Source: Basidioascus undulatus (lineage: Eukaryota). Taken from it: a stretch of DNA of 38,106 nt. The stretch is from the NCBI GenBank assembly GCA_000826855.1, contig JTLS01000044.1, positions 1 to 38,106 on the forward strand, written 5' to 3'. The notes beneath the pieces were generated by a model, which saw nothing but the letters and a program-made list of their open reading frames with translations, was not told where the DNA came from and did no database searches. How positions within the stretch are numbered: the stretch's first letter is position 1; each line of letters starts with the position of its first letter. A program made the position numbers and the translations under genes. Of the stretch, positions 1-12,026 are shown piece after piece.

Positions 1-313
1 GCGAGGACGGCACGTGCTTCGCGAGCGCGAGCGGCGCGGGCGGCTGCCGACGCCGGTAGTTGCTCCCTGTCGCCGCGGGCGGGGGCTGCGGGGGCTGCTC
101 GGCGTCAGGGGGGTCCTTGATGCCCATCACACAGCGAACGGTCAGCCACGCATCTGGGGAGCGATGAGAAGCATGGAATGGACACACCATGACTGCGAAC
201 GGGATTGCGTTCATGCCCGGCGCTTGCCTGTGCGCTGCGTGGTTGCGGGGCGGACTGGGCGGGTCGAACGAGAGCGAGGGCTGCTCGAGCGCGACGTGCG
301 GCTGATGGGCCAT
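1..313 (-). CDS. 5' part of a hypothetical Pro/Ala-rich protein gene; continues off the left edge
   Basis: ATG at 313. Exon 313-188 (42 codons, MAHQPHVALEQPSLSFDPPSPP...), GT..CTGAC..AG intron 187-116, then an open exon 115-1 (DPPDAEQPPQPPPAATGSNYRRRQPPAPLAL). No recognisable domain in the visible part. Confidence 0.5.
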   Translation of the reverse strand, partial: MAHQPHVALEQPSLSFDPPSPPRNHAAHRQAPGMNAIPFAVMVCPFHASHRSPDAWLTVRCVMGIKDPPDAEQPPQPPPAATGSNYRRRQPPAPLALAKHVPSS

Positions 314-2349
314 GCTGCTCGCTGGGTGTCCTCGATGTCCTACTGGCTCCAACAGACCACCATCAGCACCACATTCCCATTTACACTGCACAACAGCGGC
401 CGTTCCCCCCTGTACCCCCCTCGCCGCCAGCAATGCCTCCACCCCCTGCATCCAACACGCACCACGCACCGATCAAGTCTAGTTGTCAGATGCGCGAGCT
501 CGCCCTACGCCTCAGACCCGCCAAGCGCAAAAAGCACGGCTACTCCGGCGGCGGGGGTGGTGCGGATGAGAAGTGCTGCGGTGATCTGGAGTCGAGCGAA
601 AGAAAGACGCAAACAAGGAGCGTACGTCCGGCGATCGGGCCGCCCGCGGTGATGTCGAGGATTCGAAAATACGCACTGGATGATCCCGCACGCAGAGAAC
701 TGATGTGCGGTTCCTAGGAGATGGGATGTGCGTCGAAAGGCGCGTAACTTGTTGCTCCTTGCCAGGAGCAGGCAGATGCCAGGAGCGAACGAGGAGAACA
801 GCGACGGCGCCAACGAGGCTGTAAGGCCAGTGCCGCGCTCCGAGCGCGTCAGGCACAAATGCGCGTCGTTTTTGGCCTTTTTCGAACGAAACCGCTCGTC
901 GCCTCAACTCCTTGTGATGGAACACCTTCTTTCTTCAACTCATCACCCAGCAGGTTTGTTGAGTATAGGAAGTATGCAGTTCTTAACAGAGCGTGCAATC
1001 CTGCTGAAGCGGGGCAAGTGCTACAGTGGAAGTCGGATCAAGGCTCGAGTCGCAGACTGCTAGCCATCCGACACGAGATTCTCCTTGATTGGTAGTGTAG
1101 TCCCTCTCGATTGAGAGAGTATGTTGTGAAAAATAACTTTTCTCCATAAGAACATCCGCCGTCGTTTTCAACCATCGACAGCTCAAAAAGCACATGCTCT
1201 CCGCTGGTTGAAGTACCGCAGGCGTCGCCGCCGCTGCTGATTCCGTGCACCGCTCCTGGAACAAAACGTTATGTTGAGTTATGAGAGAAGTCCTGCTATA
1301 TAGAGTATCTCCGACCCACGTTGCCCTGATCTTCAGGCTGTGCACGGCGACAGGGGGTGTCCAAAAGGTTGAAGGCGCTGGGCTGGTCTTTCTCCTCATC
1401 GAAAGAAAAGCCTGGGGGGCATGAGGCTTGGAATCTTCGGATTTACCACTGCACTCTTTTTACCAAATGGACTATCTAAAGACAGGCAAGAGGGAACAGG
1501 TGCTGCCTCGCGTCTGGCTGGCCATAGGTCCAAGTTCGGACCTTCAACACGGACAAGAAGGGGACCTGACTGCGCAGGTGAAATGATATGAAGAAGAAAC
1601 CTGTAAGTACCCTATGGTAAGATTCCCACAAGAGCAGTTGTTTTAGCAGGGATCCTTATACTTTGCTAACTGGTGGGATGGCCAGATCCTGCGGTCGATT
1701 AATGCGCATTGACAAACAGCAACCGTCAAGGTCTGTTGGTGCAGAAAAACAAGTTCTGCGGTTACAGGGATTGTGACGCTGGAGAGGATACACAGTCTCA
1801 AAGAGCACATATTTAATATCTCCTTTTCCCAACGCATTCTCATGCGAGCTGATGCGAAACGGCGTGAAGCGACAGAGTACCCGCCGCACGTCCGGCCTCC
1901 CCTCCCTCGTCCACCTCCTCCGGGCCGCCTCCTGTACTACCTATAGAGATGGTCCAGAGGAATACAGGGCGCAGGAGTTCCGTTCTGGGGTTGTGCTGTA
2001 AGGAGGCGGTAAGGGGAGAGTGGGGTGGACGGGCGGGGGAGGTCGGTACCTGACCTCCGAGCAACCTCCGAGCGTCTCTCGGTCGCATGGGCAAACCATT
2101 CGTTCCCCTCAAAGGTCCTTCAAAAACTACCCGCATAATTACCACAGCCGCTCCAAGGGGACAACGCTCCTCCTCCACCCTGCCCAACGCGTACGTGCCA
2201 TTTCTCTTCTCCGTCCGCTTCCGCTTCCGCTGCCTCGCCACTCGCTCTCTCGCTTTCCCCCTCACCATCTCCCTCTCACACGCAAACTCCTAAAACACTT
2301 TCTTCCAGGTATCAAAACGCAAGGCGCCGCTTGACGACGCACGGTCCGC

Positions 2350-2620
2350 TTCTTCGTGGCTCCGTGCACCCATTCTTCGCAGCTTTGTGTTTACTCACCC
2401 ATTCTTCTGTGGCTCTGTCCACCCGTTTTTTCGTATCTCTGCCCACCCGTTGTTTCCTGGCTCTGTCCACCATTCTCAGTGGCTAGTCCACCCATTCTCC
2501 TTTGCTCGGTGAAAGCCTTCTTCGTGACTCTATCCACCCGTTCTTTCGTGGCTCTGTTCAGCATTCTTCGTGGCTTCGTCCACCTGTTCTCCAACCTTTC
2601 TTCGATGGCTCTGTCCACCT
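2350..2620. repeat. Degenerate minisatellite, about 11-12 copies of a 22-24 bp unit (consensus TTCTTCGTGGCTCTGTCCACCC[A/G])
   Basis: Units read directly, e.g. 2350 ttcttcgtggctccgtgcaccca, 2402 ttcttctgtggctctgtccacccg, 2426 ttttttcgtatctctgcccacccg, 2518 ttcttcgtgactctatccacccg, and a final ttcttcgatggctctgtccacct. Confidence 0.85.
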
Positions 2621-3519
2621 TTTACATTTCTTTCTCCAGAGATAAGGCGTGCCTCGGCAGGCCCCTCTGCGCTCGTGTTGCCTACGGACGACCGAGATTG
2701 ACCGTCTCTCATCCTCGTTTCGCGGCTATGCCTCTGTGCATACGCTTCGTTTTTCTGCTTAGTTGGTTTTTTGGACCTCAACTGACCCCCTAGCCTAGAA
2801 AGAGCTAGAACGTGTTGTTTGCAATATGGTATGCAAGCTTCCCAGACGGCGTGATACTGCGGACGATAACACTGACCCCTCACGATACGCAGCCTTCTCC
2901 CCCCGCCTCAGTTCCGCCAGTTCTGTATCGGTGTCTCATCACAGTCAGGGCTCACCTATTTTCCGATTGGCCGACTAACCCGGCTACTAGCGCTTTACAG
3001 CCAATCTCTCCCTCGACTGCAGCAACCCCACGGTCCGGTAAGTCGGCCTCCTTGCCCAGTTTTTAGCAGCGGAGTTAACACCCTTAGTCAAACCGTGATC
3101 AGAACATATTATTTTTGCATATTTTTAGGGGTTTCATAGGGCGGCAATTAGGTTATTGCTCGCGTCTGAATAAGCGCATCAGTTTTTGCACGTCTGCGGG
3201 ACATCCTAGTACTCCCGGAGGCGGGGAGCTTGGACTCTTCTTCCTCCATCTCACCCTCACATGGGTCCATAGTACTCAAATTAAGATCCCCCGTTAATTA
3301 TCTGTGTCTTCTGTGAACCTCCCCGCCAGTGTCCGCTCGGGACGTCCATGTAGCTCCGTCTGCAGCCACCCGTCGCGAACTCCTAGCTCCCGTACAGCTT
3401 CGCGTCCCTTATCTGCCGCTACCGTCTCGTGTTCCTTTGTAGGTTAGAATGAGGATACCTGTAAATGTGTCACCCCTGAGTTCCACAGCTAACACGCTCT
3501 CTCCTCCAGTACGGACCGA

Positions 3520-4048
3520 CGTCGAAGTGACAGAGTGTCAACCATTGCCGTTTCGTCAGCCCAAATCAGATTATCACAAAAATACGGCTGCCCGATCCTC
3601 TCAGGTCCACTAGGATACCGCTCCCGACTCTCCCGGTTTATATCGCAACGTTTCGCCCATGTTCGGCGCATACCTGTGGATCCCCTGGAGCTGTGCGAGC
3701 CCCGGAACGAGACGTCGATAAACCGCGCCGGATCTCCCCCAACCTCCACGACGAGCACAGAGCGCTCGCACACGCCGACATCGTCGAGGACCGAGAATCC
3801 GTGGGACGCGAAAGTGCTTTCTTAACCCCCGAAAGTCTCCATGGTGTAAGTCACCAAGCGCTCAGGGGATCACCCTGCAAAGGAGCCGTATTCGGCCCCC
3901 AAAGGAATAGGCTGTGTATCTTCGAGATCGACCGATAGGGTGTAGCGCTCCGCCGGGCTTTGAAGTCGGAGATGAAAGAAGACGGAGGCGGTGGTAAGGC
4001 GGTAACGAAGAGCGCGACTTTGGTGGCGTATACGTCGTCGAGGACCAT
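3520..4048 (-). pseudogene. Pseudogene of an unrecognised protein family (copy A of a divergent pair)
   Basis: ATG 4048 MVLDDVYATKVALFVTA...; GAEYGSFAG*SPERLVTY (TGA 3872-3870); TAA 3824-3822; DDVGVCERSVLVV; LQGIHRYAPNMGETLRY in another frame. Collinear homology to copy B. The 3' end is approximate. Confidence 0.7.
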
Positions 4049-4332
4049 TTTTGTTTGGCAAGTTGGGGTGATTTATAATGGGAGGTGTCAATCTGCTGTT
4101 GGTGGTCAAAGCAAAGCGAAGCCTGACGACTTTCGCACATTGGCTGCGCAGACTCAGTGTCCGACAGACGGCAGTTCGAGCAGGTTTCTGGAAGGGGTTG
4201 ACCTTGCACTATCAGAAGTGTAAAACCTTTTCAAAAAACAACATAAACCTTTGACAAGGTATCATCCCCGCATCTCTCGCAACTTCTCGAAATTTCCCCG
4301 TAGCGAAACCACCTAGCCTGCACGCAAACAAA

Positions 4333-4809
4333 CTCCTCAACGACCACTATGCCACTGAAGTAGCCTTCTTCGTCACGGCCTGCACCCCGCCTTCACCACA
4401 GTTCCTCGAAGATGTCAAGAGCCTTTCCAATGCAGAGGCCGAAGACGTGAGCATCATGAACTGTAAGCTCACGACCGTCGGCGCAGAAGACGGGTCTTTC
4501 GTCGGCTGGTCGCCGCAGCGCCTGGCGACGTACGTAGCGCTCACCTTCCGGCCCAAGGACAGCCCGTTGGCGGATTCTCGATCCTGGGGGGACCTCGGCG
4601 TGCGCGAGCACTCGGTTGAAGTCGTCTCGACTAGCCGGCCAGTGCAGACGCTGTTGGCTGAGCCGCGAGGAAGAGGCAAGGATCGAGTGCCAGTTCCGTG
4701 CGGACTTCCTGGCGGAGCTTCAAGGCATTCACCGGTACATGCCGAACGAGGGCGTGACGTTGCGCTAGGATGCGAGACGTTGGCTGAGTGCGCGATGGTG
4801 GAGCTGCTG
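4333..4809 (+). pseudogene. Pseudogene of an unrecognised protein family (copy B of a divergent pair)
   Basis: LLNDHYATEVAFFVTA...GAEDGSFVGWSPQRLATY...GDLGVREHSVEVV, then frameshifted LQGIHRYMPNEGVTLR* (TAG 4766-4768). The ATG present in copy A is missing here. A GTGAGT donor near 4809 suggests further exons. Confidence 0.7.
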
Positions 4810-5405
4810 TGAGTCTCTGCCTCTTGAGAATTTGTTGTGGGGAGAGCAGAAATATTCAAGCTTGGCTATTTTTCCTGTTTGTAACGCCAGTGATCGTCGA
4901 GACAATGATATGTGGTTTGGGAACGAGCTGTACAGCGCGCCAAGGTGTGCCTCGGGCTGCAGTCCACTCCGGTGCGTTTTTGCTTCACTCAACGCCGAAT
5001 TTTCTGGACCTGAACCTCTTAAAAGTTCGCATGGTGTGGGCCGTGCAGCCGTTTAGGGTGGCACCCGCGTCCCGATACAATTTGTGTCTGTTTTCGCTGT
5101 GCAACGCATGGCATATCACTTTGCTGTATTAGGCCTGTAGCTGTGTTGGTACACCTCCATTCAGAGATTTACAGAATGGCTGCGGGTAGAGTGTTATTGC
5201 ATATACAATTTGCGGACTCAAGGCAAAGCAGGCCGAGCGTGAAAGGCTTGGCCAGCGCTGCGAAATTGTCTGACAATGATTCGGCGATGGTGACCACAGA
5301 AGTATGCAATGTTCAGGCGAATATTTTTCAAACAGGTGCAACAGCCAATCATACATATTCTGTCTCAGAAGAGATCCTCGTTACAGCGCATGCTGCGGGC
5401 GGCCG

Positions 5406-6143
5406 TTAAGCAACGCAATGAGCAGTGCAGCGAGCGTCAAGGCCAGGAGGAAGTAAACGCAGCAATAGGCGGTGTAACTCCCCATGCACAACAACTTGAG
5501 GGTCACTGGCTTTCTGCTGACTTGAAGCCTTTCCTTGCGAAGCGTAGAACTCCGACAGCCATCGTGGGATCGAGCCCCACAGCAGACCGAGCTGCAGAGG
5601 ATCGATTTGGGTGTTCAAGAGCATAACCCGAGAGACGTGAGGGGCGATGTATATGTCGTTAAGCTCCCACATCCTAAAGTTCTCGATTTCAAGACGCCGC
5701 AGCGTGGGGAGTCCCAAGTGGCGGACCAGTGGAAGCATCCAGGCGTCGAGCGTGAGCGTGTACAGCACACAGAGGGCCCCCATTTGCAAACGGGAAAAGA
5801 GAAAGATGAGGACCTGTGACGCGGGATGAGGGCCGCTACACCAGCCGCTGTCGGCGACGGTGACGATCAGGCGCTTCGTGCGCTGAAGAGGCACGATGGG
5901 CAACCTCCCGAAGGCGGTTCCGCGGGGAGACAGAAGTCCTCAAAAGTGCTCGACCGCTTCCTTGCCCTGGATGCGCAAAGTCTGTACCTGCGTGCCCCCT
6001 GCCATGTTGCACCAGTGACTGGCCACGAGCGTGGCAGAAGCGAGGGTTTCGAAATCGAGGTGCAGCAACACTTCGTCGAGCAGCTCCGGGATGCGCCATT
6101 CGCTCGAACGGGCGGTGTTCGAAAGGACAGGCGACGACTCCAT
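5406..6143 (-). pseudogene. F-box-like protein gene with an in-frame premature stop
   Basis: ATG 6143. F-box-like WRIPELLDEVLLHLDFETLASATLVASHW. TGA at 5942-5940, after which the same frame stays open to 5406 with LRR-like text (LYTLTLD, LPTLRRLEIENF). Confidence 0.65.
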
Positions 6144-7204
6144 TGCTCGACTCGTGAGGTGGTTATGGGTGAGCCATGATCCGTTTTGGAGAAAAGTTCG
6201 ATTCGGTGAAGGAAAACAGAATGTGGTCAGAGGGCGAGCACGCAGGGACGGGAAGAGCGGCCCGAGAACGAAGATTTGTGGGCCGGAGGGGTTACCGTGC
6301 CCGCAATTGCAGCCAGATGCACCGAGCTTCGCTGAACACGTCAAATCTTTGGTGGGTCCTCTTGAACCTTTAGGCCCCAACGAGAACTGCAGAAGAGCTA
6401 AAGTATCTGAGAGGAAGCAGTGAACTCGAGGTGACACTTTGGATCTTGCAGGCGACTGGTATGACCTCTTGCCTTACACATAAACTCAGGGCCGCCACCA
6501 GCAAGAACAGGTAATTCCTAGAAGGGCCTGATGATGAGCTGAAATTCAGTAAGTACACGTCAGCTACTCAACAACGGAGCGTGTGCGGCATGCAGATGAT
6601 GGTGTTGTTGCAGCAGCGGAAGCGGCTGTAAAGGGACCATTACTGTCGAGAATTGAAACTCACACCAACAATTGAAAATTTTAAACACAACTATCCAGGG
6701 AAGTTCAGCATCAGGCGAATCATGGATGCTACTGTAAAACGAGCCATGGTGGTTCGTGATGACTACGGCACGTAAATCATCAACTTCTCTTACAGTCAGA
6801 CGGACTCATTTTCAAAGACGTTCTCGAGTTTTCTGAGATAAGGAAGGCTTGAGAATGGGGATCAGGACAGTGTGCAGAGGTTGCGGCAAACACTTGGCAG
6901 TTGGCACTGCCGGTCGTTGTTCTTGCACGTTCACCTCCTGATAACTTCGCATATGGAGCCCTTTTAGTCGAACTAGTGAGAGTTATACTGTTCGCTTGCA
7001 TCTGATGCCCAGTTCATGTGCACTGGAAGAAGACCTGTTGAACGTGCTTGACAGGCCTGACACTCGTTGACAGTGCGGCACGTGCATGTCGCGTGTCGGC
7101 AGGGCGACAGCGCGACCCCTTGCCCGAGCACCGTCTACGCACCAGCATAGCATCTTGACCTCCTTCCTTCCCCTGCATTCTCCTGAGCGCCCTCATCCTG
7201 CAGA

Positions 7205-9056
7205 ATGTCCCTCGGGCCACCACCGCCATCCAGCCTGCTCAACTCTGCTATCGAGCGCGTAAAAGACGCCAGTACGCGCTCAGCTTCAGCAGCCGCCTAG
7301 CGAGTCCAGCGACTGACGTGCCCGGAGCTCACAGTTTGGGCGATCTCGTCCTCGCTCACTGCGTGCCTCGGTCAGCGGGGCACGCAGCTCAAGATCAACG
7401 GGCGGACGTACTCGATCGTGCGCCTCCTTGGCGAGGGCGGATTCAGCTACGTGTACCTCGCCAAGGACGAGGGGAGCGACCGGCGTGCGTGGACCCCTAC
7501 CCGCTGCCCTGGACCATACCAGTCGAGGATGACTGACAGGGAAGGATGGGTGCGTGTGGTGCAGTATTCGCGCTTAAAAAGATCAGATGTCCGCCTGGAG
7601 GGGAGGGTGTGAAAGAGGTCATGCGCGAGGTTGAGGCTTATCGGCGATTTAAGTGCGTCTTCTCGTTTAGGTCTTCTGTCCTCCCACCTGCCTCATATCC
7701 GCTTTCACAGACACCCCAACATCATTCGCATCCTTGTGTGTAACTCGAATCTAGGGTTGCTAAAGCATGGGAGGCTTACGTGCTCACTCCTTCGGCCGCG
7801 CAGGACTCGGCAGTCGTGCAAGACCCGCACGAAGAAGCCAAGGTCGTGTACCTCTTCCTGCCTTTCTACCGAGTACGCTTCCTCCGCCTTCCCCGCTTTT
7901 CCCTCTTCTCTACGACACCGCCCTCTAGACCATCTCACACGCTCTTTCCTGCCCACAGCGAGGCAACCTCCAAGACCAGATCTCCGCGAACGCAATCAAC
8001 AACGCGCACTTCCCCGAGCGGGACATGCTCCTCCTCTTCCGGGGCGCGTGCCTCGCCGTGCAAGCCATGCACACGTACCGCCTTCCCTCCGTGCGCGCCA
8101 CGCGCCCGTCCGGCCCGCAGGCGACAGCGACGTACCCGCCGCGGGGCGTGCTCGACCCGGACCCCGACGACGGCGAGAGCAGCGTGCCGCTCATGGGCGG
8201 CGGGATCGTGTTTGACGGGGACGAGGAGGCTGCGCGGGAGGGCGAGGAGGGCGAGATGATACCTTATGCGCATCGGGATATCAAGCCTGCGTAAGTGGAT
8301 GCGGCGCGGCGCAGCGCGGGGAGAGGCACGGGTGCGGAGATGCTTATTGGGGATGGATGGGGTGGATAGAAACGTCATGGTGGCAGACGACGGCGTGACG
8401 CCCATCTTGATGGACTTTGGCAGCACCATCAAGGCGCGCATACCCATCGCTTCGCGTCAAGAAGCGCTCATTCAGCAGGTACAGTCCTGGCGCTCTGCTC
8501 TGCCCCCTTGCCATCCTCGCCTGACATCCTCGTTCCAACCCCCTTTCCCCTCGTCATTAGGACCTGGCTGCGGAGCAATCGTCAATGCCATACCGAGGTG
8601 CGTTGCATGGCATTCCTATCTGCCTTGCGCCCTTCGAGCCGACACAGCTTATCTTGGCATCTCTCAGCCCCCGAACTGTTCGACGTCAAGACCAACACCA
8701 CCCTAGACGAGAAGGTCGACATCTGGGTGCGTCTCCTTTGCCCTTCCTCTTCACTCACCCATCTTCCCTCCCCCCGACTCATCCCCCCCTCAACCGCACC
8801 CCAGTCCCTCGGCTGCACCCTCTACGCGCTCGCATTCTCGCACTCGCCGTTCGAGGACCCGCGCGCGGCAGCGCAAGGCGGCTCCGTGGCGATGGCCGTC
8901 CAGTCCGGGCGGTACTCGTTCCCTTCCGCGGGGAACCCATACAGCCAGGGCTTCAGGAAGGTCGTCGAGGCGTGCTTGAATGTCGACCCCAAGGCGCGGC
9001 CGGACGTCCAGGGCGTCATCGAGCTTGTGGACCGTGCGTTGGGGGCGCTGGAGTAG
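7205..9056 (+). CDS. ENV7: NAK-family Ser/Thr protein kinase (Env7/STK16/MPSK1-like), multi-exon
   Basis: Spliced motifs: LKINGRTYSIVRLLGEGGFSYVYL, FALKKIRC, HPNIIRILDSAVV, YAHRDIKPANVM, PILMDFGS, MPYRAPELFDVKT, LDEKVDIWSLGCTLYALAFSHSPFE. Canonical introns; TAG at 9054-9056. Confidence 0.92.
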
Positions 9057-9753
9057 CGTGGACTCGGGACGGGGAATGGGATGGGGAGGGCGACGGACTC
9101 GAGTAGTTTGACGCGTTCTCAACATCGTCGAGCGTTGCATCCGATTTTCTTCGCTTTTTCGGTTTCACGCGTGCGTTCCACGGAATGATCACCCCGCTGG
9201 ACGCACTGCCCCGAAGGGTCTCACACTAGTAGGACTGCGTGAAGCTTGGTCCCTGGCGAGGCGTTACGAGTCTATTCCGCACCTCCAGCACATTGAAGCC
9301 ATAGTTCTCTACGATACCTATTCATCATTGGAATCAGCTGACTTAGAACTTGAGAAGCTATAACGCACTTGAGGTGAATTTCGATCAGCCTCGTTGCCCG
9401 GCTTTCCGTGCATTGTTCCCGTGCCTGCACTAGCAGCAAAAAGCACGGGCTTTTCGCCTGAAAGATACTCCTGGACGTTGTACGACGTGGAAGACGTCCA
9501 CTGTCACGTGAGGGTGATCATGTGAGAGGCTGATATTGTGCCGGTAGTTTGAAGATGAACGATATTTATCAGAGCTGTGGGCACCCCGTCTTGCTTTCTG
9601 GACCTCTTATCCGCACCTCTTCCTCTGCTCGGCACTCATTCATAGACACTGTCCACGTGCCACTCGCTTTCACCCGCATACCCAGCACTCACTAATCCAC
9701 CGCTATTCTAATTTTACTGTCAATCCTCTTCCTGAGTCCTTAATCTGTGCCCG

Positions 9754-11502
9754 ATGTCCGACCACAACGAGAAAGGGCATGGCGAGACCGAGCACTTCAA
9801 CCATGCCAATGGTAAGGCTTCATCGATATTTTTTGCAGGCCAGGGAGGTGTATCCTAAGCTCGACGAAGCTCGTCTTCCAGGCATTCATGCCAACGGTCC
9901 GGTGGTGCCGCAGATCACGCTCACGCAGGCCCAGTTCGAGGTGAGCAACGCGCTGCTTTGTTCAGTCACAACGACGAACTTGCTGGACCAATCATTCCAA
10001 TTGTCTCGCACCAGAGCCTCTATCTCCAACCTCGTGACCCTTATATCCGGGGTGGCCTCAACAAAATGTGCGTGGCCTCCACTTCGGCGTCTTCGTTCAC
10101 ACTGCAACACTGAACCTGGTTCGCTGCAGTCTTGCGAACCCGACACCCCTTGGGCTTGCAGGGTTCGCACTGAATCTTACGGTCTTGTCTATGGATCTCA
10201 GTAAGTTCTTGAAAAGCTTAGACAACGGGTGGCACTAATGCCCGAGCGGTGAATGCAGTGGGATGGCGCGGAGCAACGCCCGCTTCGGCTGTGACCCGTG
10301 AGCAGCATGATACTCCCGTATAAAGCCCCGTCTAATATTGAAAGCTCTCAGACATCGGGGCCATCTACTTCTTTGGTGGCATGGGTACGTGGCTCAACTG
10401 AAGGACTCAGTCTTCCACTCCAGACAACAGTCAACCTTTAATTGACCTTTAACTTCAGCTCAAACTATCGCGGCCATCTTCGAATTCATTGTCGGTGCGA
10501 TTACCGCTACCTTTGAGATATGTCGATGGTCACGTCACGCTCATGGTGTCCATCTTCTAGGAAACACCCTGCCCTTCGTTATTCTTGCGGCTTTCGGTGG
10601 TGTGGGTGTTTCAACTCTTTATCTTTCAGGACGAGTGCTCATCAGCACTGTGCCTCGTTAGTTCTGGCTCGTGAGTGCGGTCAAGTATGTCTTGGCCTGT
10701 GCCAGATCACTCACTGTTGCAATCACCCTTAGTACTACGGAACTCTGCAAAACCCTGCATTCGCCGTCGCCGCGTCGTTCGCCGAGGGCAATGCCGTGGA
10801 GGGTGCGGCTAGCACACCGTACAACGTTGGAATTGGACACTACGTGCGTTACAAACCCCTTGTCCAGCTGCACACGACGCTAATCATCGGCATGTTTGCA
10901 CTACTAGTTGGTGACCTTTGGGATAATGTGCACGATTTTTTCTATTTGCGCTCTTCGGACCAACTTCGTTTTCTTTTTCATCCTGTTCACCATCACGATC
11001 GACGTTTGGGTCCTCGCCGCGGCGTATTATGTGAGCATGGAGCCAGCCGTACCCACCCAGCAAGTTTAAGGGAGCTAATGCATATTTGTCTCGACCTCTT
11101 TCATAGGCCCTCGGGGAGGGTAAAGACGCGAGCAACTTGATCGTGGCGGGCGGTGCAATTGGATTCGCTTGCGCAATGTAAGTCTGCAACAGGGCGGGCT
11201 AAGGCGTTTCCTTCTCAGCACTGACATGCACTTCAACCAATGCAAAGGGCCGGCTGGTGTAAGAGTCCATTTTTTTCCGTTCCGACTGTCTAACCCCAGG
11301 GCTAAATGCATGCTCTTAGACCTCCTCGCGGCGCAGCTCTTTGCTGCAGTCAATATGCCTTTCAATCTTCCGGTGGGCGACTTCAGCGGTAAGTTCTGTA
11401 TCAATGAATTCGGAAGGAAAGTAGTTCTCCATGTGTTTTCAGACTAATAATCTTCATCCGTCATCAGAGCGTATCCTCGTGAAGCGGGAGAAGGCAGAGT
11501 GA
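9754..11502 (+). CDS. GPR1/FUN34/YaaH family (Ato/Ady2-type acetate/ammonia transporter), 15 exons, 272 aa
   Basis: Hand-spliced exons 9754-9811, 9882-9940, 10015-10067, 10130-10200, 10259-10297, 10352-10384, 10459-10494, 10561-10601, 10662-10670, 10733-10843, 10908-11030, 11107-11177, 11248-11258, 11320-11388, 11468-11502 give 819 nt with no internal stop. Family motifs: LANPTPLGLAGFAL, YFFGGMAQ, EFIVGNT, FGGFWL, ALRTN, AGWY, LPVGD. Confidence 0.92.
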
Positions 11503-12026
11503 GAACGCTTGGGATCGCATAGCAAAGCAGGTGTCTGAGAGCCCAAATCATAATAACTATGAGGATCTTTATAATAATACAAGGATTTTGAACGGAAATC
11601 ATAATTATCCGGAGTTCAGAATCTTCAGAAAGTGCAGCCGTTATTGTTTCTAACGCGCGGTGATTGTAGTCGGCCGCGAGGCAATGTGAGTGTGAATCAT
11701 GTTTCTCTTAAGATTCGGATTTTCATTATGTTAGATCTGAACCTAGTCTGGTTCTCTGTTGGCCGGCCGGTTGGGAAGCTCCAGGAGCCGTGGTTTACTA
11801 TATGCTGGTGTCGAAGTCTGTATGCTTGGAGCACAGTAAGCATGTGTGTAGTGATAGCTTACTAGCCGCATCGCAAAGCACGACAGACATGCATAAGCCT
11901 TGCATCCAAAAGCTGATTAATCACCTGCAGGCTCCTACATAGCTGATAGCCACCCAGCGCTCATTGTTTCCCGAACCACCGTTCGTTCATATACGACCCC
12001 CTCTACCCCCATCCTCCGCCAGATAT

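Noticed and set aside
950..2340. Short ORFs and intron-like segments (about 1258-1320 on -, about 2190-2308 on +)
   Set aside because: I could not build a consistent spliced frame or find a recognisable motif.
2350..2620. CRISPR-like array
   Set aside because: The units are adjacent and degenerate with no unique spacers, there are no cas genes, and the context is eukaryotic.
3822..5942. Stop-codon recoding (TGA=Trp/Sec, or A-to-I repair) to explain the in-frame stops
   Set aside because: The paralogue pair also has TAA/TAG stops, frameshifts and a lost ATG, and intact genes in the window end normally with TGA. Ordinary decay is simpler.
9800..11450. Minus-strand ORFs (9886-10170, 10884-11189, 11075-11404) first read as a decayed transposon-like protein
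   Set aside because: The plus strand splices into a complete GPR1/FUN34/YaaH gene, so these ORFs are antisense shadows.
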